Below, piece after piece: positions 28,801-38,651 of a DNA stretch of 64,000 nt. The notes beneath the pieces were generated by a model. It made no database searches. It worked only from the letters and a program-made list of their open reading frames with translations, and was not told the DNA's origin. The position numbers and the translations under genes are program-made. The DNA is taken from sequence record MW057919.1; one strand, written 5' to 3'. Positions within the stretch are counted from its first letter, which is position 1, and each line of letters starts with the position of its first letter.

Positions 28801-29110
28801 TGCATATAGCCTAAAATCAAGTACATTCACTGGTACAGCTTTAACTCTAACACCAGCTAACCAACAGTGCTATAGGGTTCAAACTGCTGCTAACCAAACC
28901 ATTACACTAGAGAATGGACCTGTTGATCGTATGATCACAGCTGTTCTTGTATTGCTTGGTAAGGTAGCTATGCCAACACTTTCTAGTGCAGTGTTACAAT
29001 GGAACAATGGTACTCCAGTAATAGTAGATGACCTAGGTGATACTAAAACAGTTCTTACCCTCTTATGGGATGGTACTAACTGGATAGTTTCCAAAGGTGC
29101 TGTTATTTAA
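25829..29110 (+). CDS. Collagen-like fibre protein (gp146-like)
   Basis: 1093 aa; about eight Gly-X-Y blocks separated by globular repeats; coupled to gp145 by a stop/start overlap. Confidence 0.85.
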   Translation: MASAFEDYVNGELPKRVSSIDEPTSVVNGHIPVSTGVGLNTTFVDPVTIPGLKGEDGQPGKDGDQGPPGPVGPAINIIANVDLATFEQDIKPLDTHNVGDAWFVEDRLWVWESPLGNEDPPVKGRWVETGSLRGPDGTGLVIRGRWPNNLELPKTESNKPGDAYSWNNQLWAWMLISGNNPPENPTIDDYDWFPVTPQGERGPEGPEGPQGKDGEIGPEGPQGEPAMPFTIKDSLPSPADLPDPSVAKESEAYLVTMEAGKPEHLFIFVKGAWSDLGTFQGPEGPQGKPGNTGDPGPDGKQGEPGPQGRNLEVVKAVETADDLLTTTGVEQYQGVSVRSTNTVYVLTGQDPTVDISWTAMGSFRGPQGPEGPQGEDGEQGLPGEPGAQGKSAFQVALDNGFTGTEGEWLISLHGKNVVITGAVANEAALPADAPDQAAYFTQDTSTLFVKIDGNWVNSGTHRGPKGEDGAPGKDGDQGPEGPEGPEGPQGPAGEPIQIIAAIDTPEDTPPEALADNQWKAYTVKSTGEVFVNMDGSRWTSIGIMAGPQGKPGEGLNIKGVLTDASQLPKKDTDPDLVTGDSYWVETNEGTMLYTYQGQEIDGYIGPINLNGEQGIQGVEGPQGPEGKQGGGLLIIYVGDDAGKPVASADNVGKGIAIRTNTEGQVEVFVSIDTEGTFTWESLGVLAMGPQGPEGPEGKQGVPGIPGKTGQKGERGSSWVILPEGQTAPTSIDGNRGDWCIDKTGTVWYKDANWVVFYKLMSVPVSEVDPEDVDKKMVRYKLGWTELPVDEVVDAEVGVFYGRRKATADGAVEWTAIELPTPAIDAVPSPVVNAQYVRKGIAGGETEWATITFPEIPSDVVRDTAQATKPQGRVAGNWVDVAPLQTDDTLMGMQNGEWVAVPAAVIGEVPSEGANGTNYVREKTASGSKWTPVTIIVDQADATSGQLFLRNAAAKSWTLFQGPNNDVTADGDWLRSRTGTNITWKKLDKSFDAYSLKSSTFTGTALTLTPANQQCYRVQTAANQTITLENGPVDRMITAVLVLLGKVAMPTLSSAVLQWNNGTPVIVDDLGDTKTVLTLLWDGTNWIVSKGAVI
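25981..27973 (+). repeat. Segmented Gly-X-Y collagen repeats
   Basis: For example GPEGPEGPQGKDGEIGPEGPQGEP and GPKGEDGAPGKDGDQGPEGPEGPEGPQGPAGEP. Confidence 0.95.
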
Positions 29111-29121
29111 AACGACATATT

Positions 29122-29141
29122 GCCCTCCCTTCGGGGAGGGC
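29122..29141 (+). terminator. Intrinsic terminator, repeated family
   Basis: GCCCTCCC-TTCG-GGGAGGGC followed by TTTATTTT. Confidence 0.9.
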
Positions 29142-29209
29142 TTTATTTTGTCTTTTAAGGTTGATTCATTGTTAACCATGCCGTAATACCAGTTATATCT
29201 AAAAAAAGC

Positions 29210-29236
29210 ATAGAAAGCCCTAATAGGGCTTTCTAT
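29210..29236 (-). terminator. Intrinsic terminator for the minus-strand operon
   Basis: ATAGAAAGCCCT-AAT-AGGGCTTTCTAT preceded by AAAAAAA (U tract on the minus strand). Confidence 0.85.
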
Positions 29237-29242
29237 TGGGTA

Positions 29243-29959
29243 TCATGGCTTAAACATGGAAAAGTATTCAGCATCGATGAAATCAAAGTCGATATTAAGT
29301 TTATGCTTTAACTGGAAATCCATGATAATAAACTGTTTATCTTCAACAGCTAATTCACTTACATCTTTCTCAAATAGCTTTGGACCAATAATAGTAAAGT
29401 CAGGCATCAACACTTGTCCTAATTCAAGAACATGGGTTTTACACCATTCTCCAAAATTATACATAATCGCCATTGAATAGATAGAGTTTAATCTAGAACA
29501 AGTAAGGTCTGTTAATGGAGTATTAATCAGGGTGATCTGAATATGATCACCAATGTACTTATGTAAGCAGTATAGTAATTCATCTTGAGCATCTGGTGTC
29601 AATTCATATGGCCAGATATTGACTTCAAGACATGTTTCAAAATTAGCATTAACTATACCATCTAATCTATTCAAATCTGATTGGGCTATTAATTGAATAA
29701 TAAATGGAATGATACCAGTGAATATAGAACTATTGATAGTGTCAGCAGTATTTTCACCACCACGTTTAGAATAAGCTTCGACAAATTGTTCATTAGTTAC
29801 TAAACCATCTGTTAGTTTAGTCCAATCATCCATTTCCCTATGCCAGTAAATTTGACCATTGGTAACAAGCTTATTAGCTGCATCTTTATTTAGTAACCTA
29901 ATGGTTCCTAACCGTGTATCTAATAGTGAGTCAAGATCAATTAAGATTTTACGAAACAT
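29243..29959 (-). CDS. Hypothetical protein (gp147-like) with HAD-like N-terminal motif
   Basis: 238 aa; ILIDLDSLLDT resembles HAD motif I; overlaps the upstream gene. Confidence 0.6.
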   Translation of the reverse strand: MFRKILIDLDSLLDTRLGTIRLLNKDAANKLVTNGQIYWHREMDDWTKLTDGLVTNEQFVEAYSKRGGENTADTINSSIFTGIIPFIIQLIAQSDLNRLDGIVNANFETCLEVNIWPYELTPDAQDELLYCLHKYIGDHIQITLINTPLTDLTCSRLNSIYSMAIMYNFGEWCKTHVLELGQVLMPDFTIIGPKLFEKDVSELAVEDKQFIIMDFQLKHKLNIDFDFIDAEYFSMFKP

Positions 29960-30455
29960 TATTATTTACCGCCTTCTTTTTAGATGGCTTAGCTTGAACT
30001 GGGATAGATTCAACCATATTAGTAATATAACGGATATTTAAACATTGACAAATAATCCAAACTAACCAATCATTTTGGTATAAAATGTCAGTTAATTCTT
30101 TTCGTGGAATTAATCGCGCTAACATCTCTTGGTCAACAATAGTTGAATTAGGTTGATAAGGATAAATAGAATTAGCTAGTAATTCCACCACACCATCCCA
30201 ATCAGTAACAGCTATCTTAAATCGACTAACTAAACTTAAGATGGGTTGAAGACGATTACCTTTGTTACGGAATAAATTCCAGATATCCCTAATAACTGTT
30301 TTATCAGCAATGTGATACCAATGGGTATTAGTACTCCAGTTATTTAGTAAATCCAAAATATCCGCAATGATTTCAGCACTGTATCCATTTACTAACTCAG
30401 TATTAGATACAATTAAAGCTTCACACATATCTTCGTAAATCTGGCGATTATTCAT
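29949..30455 (-). CDS. Conserved hypothetical/virion protein (gp148-like)
   Basis: 168-aa ORF 2 nt after the gp149 stop. Confidence 0.7.
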   Translation of the reverse strand: MNNRQIYEDMCEALIVSNTELVNGYSAEIIADILDLLNNWSTNTHWYHIADKTVIRDIWNLFRNKGNRLQPILSLVSRFKIAVTDWDGVVELLANSIYPYQPNSTIVDQEMLARLIPRKELTDILYQNDWLVWIICQCLNIRYITNMVESIPVQAKPSKKKAVNNNVS

Positions 30456-30457
30456 AG

Positions 30458-31132
30458 TTACACCAAGTTATTTTGTAACATCATGCCTTTTAGATAACAT
30501 GCAAATGTTTTATTAGATTGCACAGTAGTATCATAAGTAGACATGATGGAATCAACAGAAGCACTACCAGTTTCGATAATAGAGCGGTTCATTGCATTAT
30601 ATGCTTTCTGGTCACCACCACGTAGTTTCATGAATTCAATCATGGAATAACGGAGACCTTTTGAAGCGTTAACCTGAATCTCTGGTGCAGACATACGTGA
30701 TCCTTTAGAATCACCAGTTACTTGCCCTGACCTCTGGTCAATCACATGACTAGAACCTGGAATACTTTTCTTTTTCTCAAGCATTTGTACTTGACGACGG
30801 ATTGGTATTAAACCAACTAAATGTTTATTAGCAGTTCGATATACCTGGCCAGTACCTGGGTCAGTTAAAATGATGTGTTGGAATAAATTATGACCAATCG
30901 CTTTAGCAACTTTATAATTTCGCTTAATAGTTAATTTAGGCTTAGCGCATAAGTTAGGAGCATATAATGCCAACATCTCTTCACCAGAATCTAACTTATT
31001 AATCCACTCCTCAAATTCCTCATCATTCATTCGTGCAAACATTTCTTTATAGATATCAACATTACTACTACCAGGTAGAAACATGTCAATAATCCATAGG
31101 CATTCTTTTTCTACCAATTCTCGTTTAGTCAT
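30458..31132 (-). CDS. gp149: Virion RNA polymerase beta-subunit C-terminal fragment
   Basis: 224 aa; GDSKGSRMSAPE aligns with the beta GQRFGEME motif, then MKLRGGD; synteny. Confidence 0.8.
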   Translation of the reverse strand: MTKRELVEKECLWIIDMFLPGSSNVDIYKEMFARMNDEEFEEWINKLDSGEEMLALYAPNLCAKPKLTIKRNYKVAKAIGHNLFQHIILTDPGTGQVYRTANKHLVGLIPIRRQVQMLEKKKSIPGSSHVIDQRSGQVTGDSKGSRMSAPEIQVNASKGLRYSMIEFMKLRGGDQKAYNAMNRSIIETGSASVDSIMSTYDTTVQSNKTFACYLKGMMLQNNLV

Positions 31133-31164
31133 GGTAATTTCCTTTAAGGTTGTTTAACATACCA

Positions 31165-31485
31165 TTAGCTTGAGCGAGATACCCCTTGATAGACAGGTAT
31201 TGAATTCTGGTCAGTACATGGAGGCAACCTATGCCTCTTAAGAATTGGTAATATGTTGGCTAGAAAATTAGCATACCATACTTCAAAGGTGACTGAATCA
31301 TCAATGGTAGTTCTAGCTGTCAACGTCTGACTAGGGTATTGAGCTAATAGTTGTTGAAAGCAAGCTGATAAAGTGGGTACATCTGTACACACTGGTAATC
31401 GACGTAATAGATCTTCTGATAGTTCAACATCAAACATTCGTAGACGTTGACAAAGTGTTAAACGATAATCTTCTGTAGTTTTCAT
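31165..31485 (-). CDS. Hypothetical protein (gp150-like)
   Basis: 106 aa, AAGGA RBS. Confidence 0.7.
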   Translation of the reverse strand: MKTTEDYRLTLCQRLRMFDVELSEDLLRRLPVCTDVPTLSACFQQLLAQYPSQTLTARTTIDDSVTFEVWYANFLANILPILKRHRLPPCTDQNSIPVYQGVSRSS

Positions 31486-31508
31486 TATAGTTCCTTAGGG
31501 TCTTTATT

Positions 31509-31859
31509 TTACTTTGATATCTCACCACAGTAAATGACCTCTGTTTTTGTTTCAAGCCATTCTACTAATAAATGCCGGTGACAGAAATTACCAGCGCGAC
31601 AATAACAACCTAATGCTACTTCCTCTAATTGGAAGAACCATTTAAAGAATTCTGGATTATCAATCAATGATTGCTCTAACATACTGAGATATGCTTCAGT
31701 GTATTCATCATCTGATATAATTCCTTTCTTATGTCCCATAACCATTAACCAAGTAGGTGCGAGTTGATACGCACCTGATTTAACAGTTATGTCTAGAGGT
31801 TTTATTCCTTTCTCTATAACTAACTTATATTTAGCTATCTGATAAGTGTAAACATTCAT
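31509..31859 (-). CDS. DUF488-like protein
   Basis: 116 aa; VALGCYCRAGNFCHRHLL C-terminal motif. Confidence 0.6.
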   Translation of the reverse strand: MNVYTYQIAKYKLVIEKGIKPLDITVKSGAYQLAPTWLMVMGHKKGIISDDEYTEAYLSMLEQSLIDNPEFFKWFFQLEEVALGCYCRAGNFCHRHLLVEWLETKTEVIYCGEISK

Positions 31860-31873
31860 ATACCAAACCTGAC

Positions 31874-31904
31874 ATAACTAGGGATCTTATTGACCCCTAG
31901 TTAT
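31874..31904 (-). terminator. Hairpin after uvsX
   Basis: ATAACTAGGG...CCCTAGTTAT inverted repeat. Confidence 0.6.
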
Positions 31905-31935
31905 TTTGAAACTGGCGATAACATCTATACTAACA

Positions 31936-33375
31936 TTAAGCTTTTGCTTTAGCTAGTTCAAGAGGTACAATTTTAGCTTTTTCTTCGTCAGTCATCCAGT
32001 ATGGTTTATATTCACTTTTACGCATACGTAGTAGGTCATACGTGGATAGGAATTTTTTATCACTAAACTGTTCGTCTTCTTCGAACATCCAATAGCCACG
32101 AGTATTATTAAGAATAATATCCCAATCATAACCCATTACTTTAAGATCAGCATATAGCTCAGCTGGCGTTACTACATAATCTCCAAGATTCCAACGTTGG
32201 AATTGAATTAATTGTAGCATTTCAGATTGGATTTCAACAGCTCGTTGTAGAGCAGGGTTATCCATTAATTTCTTACGAACAGTGGTCCGACTTAGTTTGA
32301 TATCAGGACATAGCTCAACGAAGTAGTTAATGTTATTACCACCAATCCCCCAATCATTTTCACGGCAATAATGGAATTCTGATAGTGATGGAAGAATACC
32401 TTCAGTTTGTGAAACAATGAGATGGAATGGTAGACCAGTAATTCCACCTTTACCACGTAAGTTAATAACTTCTAGAATACGTAGATCTGTATCGCCTTCA
32501 ATAGCAGTTGAATTGTCAATTGGATATAAAGGCATTTTTTCTTTATTGACTAACGGTTTATTAGATTCAATAGAAAACACATTATTCGGTAGAGAGTAGA
32601 AACCACCTGACACCCCTTTAAGAACCGTATCCTTCTTCATATGCGATAGATTACGTTTATCAGTAGGGTACATCTCAATTTGAATGATATCTCCAACGTG
32701 TGCAGTGAGAATCATGTATGTACTGGTTTTAGCACAGATCTGCGGTAGCTGGTTAAATAACTGATTCTTAGCTTTACCATTAGTCATTGCATCAGTGTTT
32801 ACTTTAGAATCACCGATAGCATTTTTAGCATACATTTCAGACACAGCTGAGACAATGAACTTTGAGAAACTATCAATGAACCCGCCAGTTGGGTACAGTG
32901 CTTTCTTATTATTACCATTCACATCAAGAAATGGGGTAGTACGTAGATAATCTTTTTCAGCCTTTTCTTTTTCAGATAATGCATCGCGGAAGATTTTGAA
33001 CCACTCATCCCCAGTATAACGAGATAAGTCAGTAAACATGTATTGCTCATCATTTTCCCAATCGATAGCAGCTAGCTCAGGATAAGCTTGTGCTAAAGAT
33101 GTAAATCGAGCACCTGGGTTTAATGTACCTTCTGTATCGTAAGTCATTGCATGTGCACCGGGGAAAGCACGGCGCATCATTGCCATGAGGTAGATACCTA
33201 ATGCAGTTTTAAAATTGTTAGGTCGTGAAGCAATACCAGTTAGTGATCCCATACCACCATTTAGAATCATTTCACCATGCTTACCTTGTTCATACTTACC
33301 AGTTGAAATGTCCATAAGGCATCCGATGTTAAGAGCCGGTCGGAAAGCTGGACGTTCGAAATGTTTACCAAACAT
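31936..33375 (-). CDS. uvsX: UvsX/RecA-like recombinase (gp152-like)
   Basis: 479 aa; divergent P-loop IASRPNNFKT, YDTEGT, Walker B GFIDSFS. Confidence 0.85.
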   Translation of the reverse strand: MFGKHFERPAFRPALNIGCLMDISTGKYEQGKHGEMILNGGMGSLTGIASRPNNFKTALGIYLMAMMRRAFPGAHAMTYDTEGTLNPGARFTSLAQAYPELAAIDWENDEQYMFTDLSRYTGDEWFKIFRDALSEKEKAEKDYLRTTPFLDVNGNNKKALYPTGGFIDSFSKFIVSAVSEMYAKNAIGDSKVNTDAMTNGKAKNQLFNQLPQICAKTSTYMILTAHVGDIIQIEMYPTDKRNLSHMKKDTVLKGVSGGFYSLPNNVFSIESNKPLVNKEKMPLYPIDNSTAIEGDTDLRILEVINLRGKGGITGLPFHLIVSQTEGILPSLSEFHYCRENDWGIGGNNINYFVELCPDIKLSRTTVRKKLMDNPALQRAVEIQSEMLQLIQFQRWNLGDYVVTPAELYADLKVMGYDWDIILNNTRGYWMFEEDEQFSDKKFLSTYDLLRMRKSEYKPYWMTDEEKAKIVPLELAKAKA

Positions 33376-33472
33376 GTTGACTCCATTTTTTAAGTTAAAC
33401 AGTCAATTAATTGATTTGGAGAGTAATTTTATGTCTACATATTCAACAATCCTTGCGCAAGGAAATTAAGAC

Positions 33473-34387
33473 ATGTTTAACATCCATAAATACGCTAAAA
33501 GTATTTCACTAGAAAATGATTGTCAGGATCTAATTGAATCTGACAATATTGTTAATGATGATATTAGTTTAGTACAAGTTGATCCAAAACAACAGCTTGT
33601 AGATATTACTGAGACTATTTCTCAAGAAGCTAATTTCGCAACAAACGCTATTAACATTATCAATAAACGCGGTGCTAATTTTGCTATCGCTGCTCGTAAT
33701 GCATTTACGTCGATGACTAACTGGAGTAATCAAATTATTCCTGAGTTCCATCCAGCGCAGATGCGCCATTTAGTTTCACACATTGATTATTTAGAAGTAG
33801 CAAATACAATCGTGCCACAACCAGTTGGTTTTAATGGTGAGATTCCAGACTATGTTGATTATCTATTAACAGAAGCTAAGGAAATGGCCACTATTATTCC
33901 AGCGGTATTAGACCCGGTTAAAGCACAACTTGGATATTATCTACAACAGCGTGCTGATCGAATGGATAAGCGTGGCTTTGCTAATTCATTTGCAATGGCA
34001 TCGATCAATGATCTTGCTAAAGATGCTTCTTTCTATGACAGTGACAACCGGTCAAGTACAGCTGAGTTTGGTAAGCTTTACCCATCATTAAATTCATTTG
34101 TTGACGCAACAAAGAAAATGAACGATATTCGTAGCATTTTATCACGGGTTCGTCCAAATGATGTAAAACGTGCTTCAGAAGCGCTTAGTCAATTAATTGA
34201 TAGCTTTATGGAGGATGTTAAGGATAGTAACTCTGACACCTCTCCAGAGCTATTACAGACATTAATTGAAGGGGTTACATGGGCAGCAGACCATGTTGAA
34301 CGTTATTCAACACTCTTTACTAAGATTGTTGAGACTGCGAACACAATGAAAGCCACTGAAGATATTCTTCGTGAAATCATTGGATAA
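33473..34387 (+). CDS. Head protein (gp153-like), likely protease-processed
   Basis: 304 aa; ISLE motif at residues 11-14; synteny. Confidence 0.65.
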   Translation: MFNIHKYAKSISLENDCQDLIESDNIVNDDISLVQVDPKQQLVDITETISQEANFATNAINIINKRGANFAIAARNAFTSMTNWSNQIIPEFHPAQMRHLVSHIDYLEVANTIVPQPVGFNGEIPDYVDYLLTEAKEMATIIPAVLDPVKAQLGYYLQQRADRMDKRGFANSFAMASINDLAKDASFYDSDNRSSTAEFGKLYPSLNSFVDATKKMNDIRSILSRVRPNDVKRASEALSQLIDSFMEDVKDSNSDTSPELLQTLIEGVTWAADHVERYSTLFTKIVETANTMKATEDILREIIG

Positions 34388-34395
34388 CAGCATAA

Positions 34396-34418
34396 GCCCT
34401 CTCCCAAAAGGAGAGGGC
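34396..34418. terminator. Bidirectional terminator, repeated family
   Basis: CAGCATAA-GCCCTCTCC-CAAAA-GGAGAGGGC-ATTATGTC between convergent genes. Confidence 0.85.
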
Positions 34419-34433
34419 ATTATGTCGTACCAA

Positions 34434-34853
34434 TCAATTTGGAATACACTTCTCATGTAAACTTAATTTAAAGAGAGTTTTCAAATCCTTTAAAAAAGTT
34501 GCATCATCAGCATATTTCATCCAACACGGAGTCTTACGAATAAGCCTCATGAAAAATTGATCAGTGGTTAGATCTGCTTTATCAATCTTATCGATTGCTA
34601 TCACGCCTTTCCATACGTACGGCCCATAATGAATTGGGAGTCGTAAGGCAGCTTCATCGCGTACTAGTTTCATGTTAGAATTCAAATGAGAGATCTTTTC
34701 ACACTCATTTGTCTTACACTGTACTATAACGGAGTACAGTGACGCCATGACGCACATCCGCTTTAGTTCGGGATCAGCATAGTCCCAGAGCTTAATCCAA
34801 ATTGCCCTGAAACCATTCTTAACCGACTTTTTGAATCTGCTAATAAGGTTCAT
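34434..34853 (-). CDS. Hypothetical protein (gp154-like)
   Basis: Probable ATG at 34853, downstream of the RNase H stop; 139 aa. Confidence 0.65.
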   Translation of the reverse strand: MNLISRFKKSVKNGFRAIWIKLWDYADPELKRMCVMASLYSVIVQCKTNECEKISHLNSNMKLVRDEAALRLPIHYGPYVWKGVIAIDKIDKADLTTDQFFMRLIRKTPCWMKYADDATFLKDLKTLFKLSLHEKCIPN

Positions 34854-34863
34854 GGAATACCCA

Positions 34864-36312
34864 CTATTTTGGGAGAATAAATTGTGTATAGGGTGATTGA
34901 TAGATAGCTGAACCATCATCCGTCACGAACACAATTGAATATGAATAAGAATATGGGCCTTCAGCTACTACAAGAATTTCCATTTTAACTTTATTAGCTC
35001 CAATACGAGCTAATTGGTTTCTACTTGGAATATCGATATTTAATACAAGCTTTAATTTTATCTTACGATCTTTAAATGTGATCGGAACTTCTACAAAGCC
35101 TGTATTAGATGTAATCGTCTTAAGTAGTTGATAGCCAACTTTCTTACCCTTTGCGACTTCCTCGAAGAAGTGCTCGGTAATATCAATAATACCAACCGAC
35201 TCTCCAAGTTTACCAGCCAAGTAATCTTCAAGACGACTGCGCATAACATTAAATGTAGCTACAGCATCATTTGCCATACGTGGTGGATTAAGAGTCCGAC
35301 TAATGAGTTCATCTGTTGGCGTCGACAAAACATTGATATCTTTCCATACGACTAGAGCAGGTAGCCCCATGGATTCAATTTTCTGTCGAATGGTTGCACG
35401 ATATGCGTTTGCCAAATTGATGATACCCAGTTCTGGATTTTCAGTACCCAGTGCTTCTGTATGCATATTAATTAGTAACTGGAGATACTCATCTGGCTCA
35501 TTTGCCTTATATACACTGAAGGTTGCTTCAGAGATACGACGCCCTAAAATTAAATCAGCTTTAGCTAATTTATCTTTAGCAGTGTCTTTTGGTTTATGAC
35601 CATAGTTATGCATACGACCTAAGTTATAGGTGTAATAGAACCCATCTGGTTCTTCTCCAGAGTTAATGGCGAAGAGTAACCTACTTTCGAGGATAAGTGG
35701 ATTAACAACTTGTTTTTTAAGTTTGTTAATTTCTTCGCCTTTAACCGAAACCATCACTGGCTTATCATTATTCTGTCCCGAACCAAGCTTAGCATTAGCA
35801 TCAGCTTTTTCATTACCAATGTCTCCGTTATGACCGCGGACCCATTGGATGCTTAATGGTTTATTAGTTTCTTCCCATTTAGCTTTTAGTTCGACCATCT
35901 GTTTCCATAGGTCCTGGTTTGCTACCGGTGTACCGTCTGATTTAATCCAATTGGACTTAATCCATTTGGGTAAATATGCGGTCATACCTTTTCTAACGTA
36001 TTCACTATCCATGAGCATCGTTAGTCTAGGTGCATCTGCTTCATGGGCTATTTTGAAAGCCTCAATTGCAGCGGTTAGCTCACCTGTATTATTAGTAGGG
36101 TTATTAGTTACACTACCAAATGCATCAATATAATTTAAAACAGTGCATGTCTCATCTGCACCTACATCTAAGTATCCCTTAGCTGTTGGTTGCTGTTTGG
36201 TGGCTGCTTTAGATTTCATTGCAACATTTTCATAGGTATAACCATGAATGCCCCAACCAGCTTTACCCTGTCGGAATGATCCGTCAGTGTATAAAACCAT
36301 ACCGTCTGACAT
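34864..36312 (-). CDS. rnhA: RNase HI with long C-terminal extension (gp155-like)
   Basis: LYTDGS, NNTGELTAA, MDSEYV, WVRGHNGDIGNEKAD catalytic motifs; about 280 extra residues. Confidence 0.9.
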   Translation of the reverse strand: MSDGMVLYTDGSFRQGKAGWGIHGYTYENVAMKSKAATKQQPTAKGYLDVGADETCTVLNYIDAFGSVTNNPTNNTGELTAAIEAFKIAHEADAPRLTMLMDSEYVRKGMTAYLPKWIKSNWIKSDGTPVANQDLWKQMVELKAKWEETNKPLSIQWVRGHNGDIGNEKADANAKLGSGQNNDKPVMVSVKGEEINKLKKQVVNPLILESRLLFAINSGEEPDGFYYTYNLGRMHNYGHKPKDTAKDKLAKADLILGRRISEATFSVYKANEPDEYLQLLINMHTEALGTENPELGIINLANAYRATIRQKIESMGLPALVVWKDINVLSTPTDELISRTLNPPRMANDAVATFNVMRSRLEDYLAGKLGESVGIIDITEHFFEEVAKGKKVGYQLLKTITSNTGFVEVPITFKDRKIKLKLVLNIDIPSRNQLARIGANKVKMEILVVAEGPYSYSYSIVFVTDDGSAIYQSPYTQFILPK

Positions 36313-36367
36313 TATTGTTTCCTCATGTGATCGATTACTAAACTAGATAATAATTCTAGCAAGTAAA

Positions 36368-36769
36368 TTACTCATCACACTTTGCACGCCATTCTTCATA
36401 TGCTTGCTCAATTTTAGCGCGCTCAGATACAATATGTGACTTTAATTCTTTTATATAGTCAGTCAACAAGATATCGATTTGTTCCGGAGTTTCTATAAAC
36501 TCTGTAATAATCGGTGTTGGCGGTACCGGTTTCTTTCTTGGTAGTTCGAAAACCATACACTTCTTACTAGTATCCTTACTATATTTTTTAGGTGTAGGCA
36601 GAACTTTTTGTATTACCTCTTCTTTAGTTGTAACAACAGATGTATGATCATCTGTAGAAGAGGAGTGTTCATATTGGACCACAGTCGTGTTGTGCGTGTG
36701 GTACTCATGTGGCGTATAAACACAGCCACTTATAAGTGGTAGGAGTATTAGAAAGAACTTTCTTGACAT
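36368..36769 (-). CDS. Lipoprotein (gp156-like); second o-spanin-like candidate
   Basis: ATG 36769 with GGTGGA RBS; MSRKFFLILLPLISG-C lipobox; Pro-rich linker, C-terminal helix ending in Cys. Confidence 0.7.
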   Translation of the reverse strand: MSRKFFLILLPLISGCVYTPHEYHTHNTTVVQYEHSSSTDDHTSVVTTKEEVIQKVLPTPKKYSKDTSKKCMVFELPRKKPVPPTPIITEFIETPEQIDILLTDYIKELKSHIVSERAKIEQAYEEWRAKCDE

Positions 36770-36789
36770 GTGATCCACCAATTTGGTAC

Positions 36790-37080
36790 TTACTTTAGCA
36801 AGTCATTTAAACGACGGCGGCGCTCAAGCATTTCAGCCTTCTCAGGCGTCATTTTCTTGAGTCGATCCATTTCGGCTTTAACGGCCCAGTTGCTTGCTTT
36901 AACTGACTTCAACTCACTAGTCACTATGAATAAGGTACCTAGTAATATTACGACTAGGATCAACATCGCCGTGACGTGTTTGTTTTCCAGCAACACTTCC
37001 TTAATAGTTCTATCACCAAAGATAGCCCTCTTAAGGAATGGCCAAACGAAGAGCAAGGCTTTAATAGTCAAACCGAGCAT
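36790..37080 (-). CDS. Small membrane protein with coiled coil; second i-spanin-like candidate
   Basis: 96 aa, GAGG RBS; TM segment TAMLILVVILLGTLFIV followed by a charged heptad region. Confidence 0.65.
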   Translation of the reverse strand: MLGLTIKALLFVWPFLKRAIFGDRTIKEVLLENKHVTAMLILVVILLGTLFIVTSELKSVKASNWAVKAEMDRLKKMTPEKAEMLERRRRLNDLLK

Positions 37081-37255
37081 GATGACCTCTGTTAGTACTA
37101 TGCCTACCCATAAAAGCCAGTATTGGCATTTCTATCAATAGACTGTTACAAGGGTATTACGTAAAGCTCATAATACCAGACTTTTTATTTTAACACAACT
37201 AGAACAGACTGATTTTATAGATGGAAACCCATCGCGCTCTAATTATGAGGATTAA

Positions 37256-38596
<1,341 letters not shown>

Positions 38597-38606
38597 TGCA
38601 TAAATG

Positions 38607-38628
38607 AGAGAGGGCAAAGGCCCTCTCT
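38607..38628 (+). terminator. Terminator-like hairpin
   Basis: AGAGAGGGC-AAAG-GCCCTCTCT followed by TATATT. Confidence 0.75.
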
Positions 38629-38651
38629 TATATTAATCTAAAGGTGGCGCA

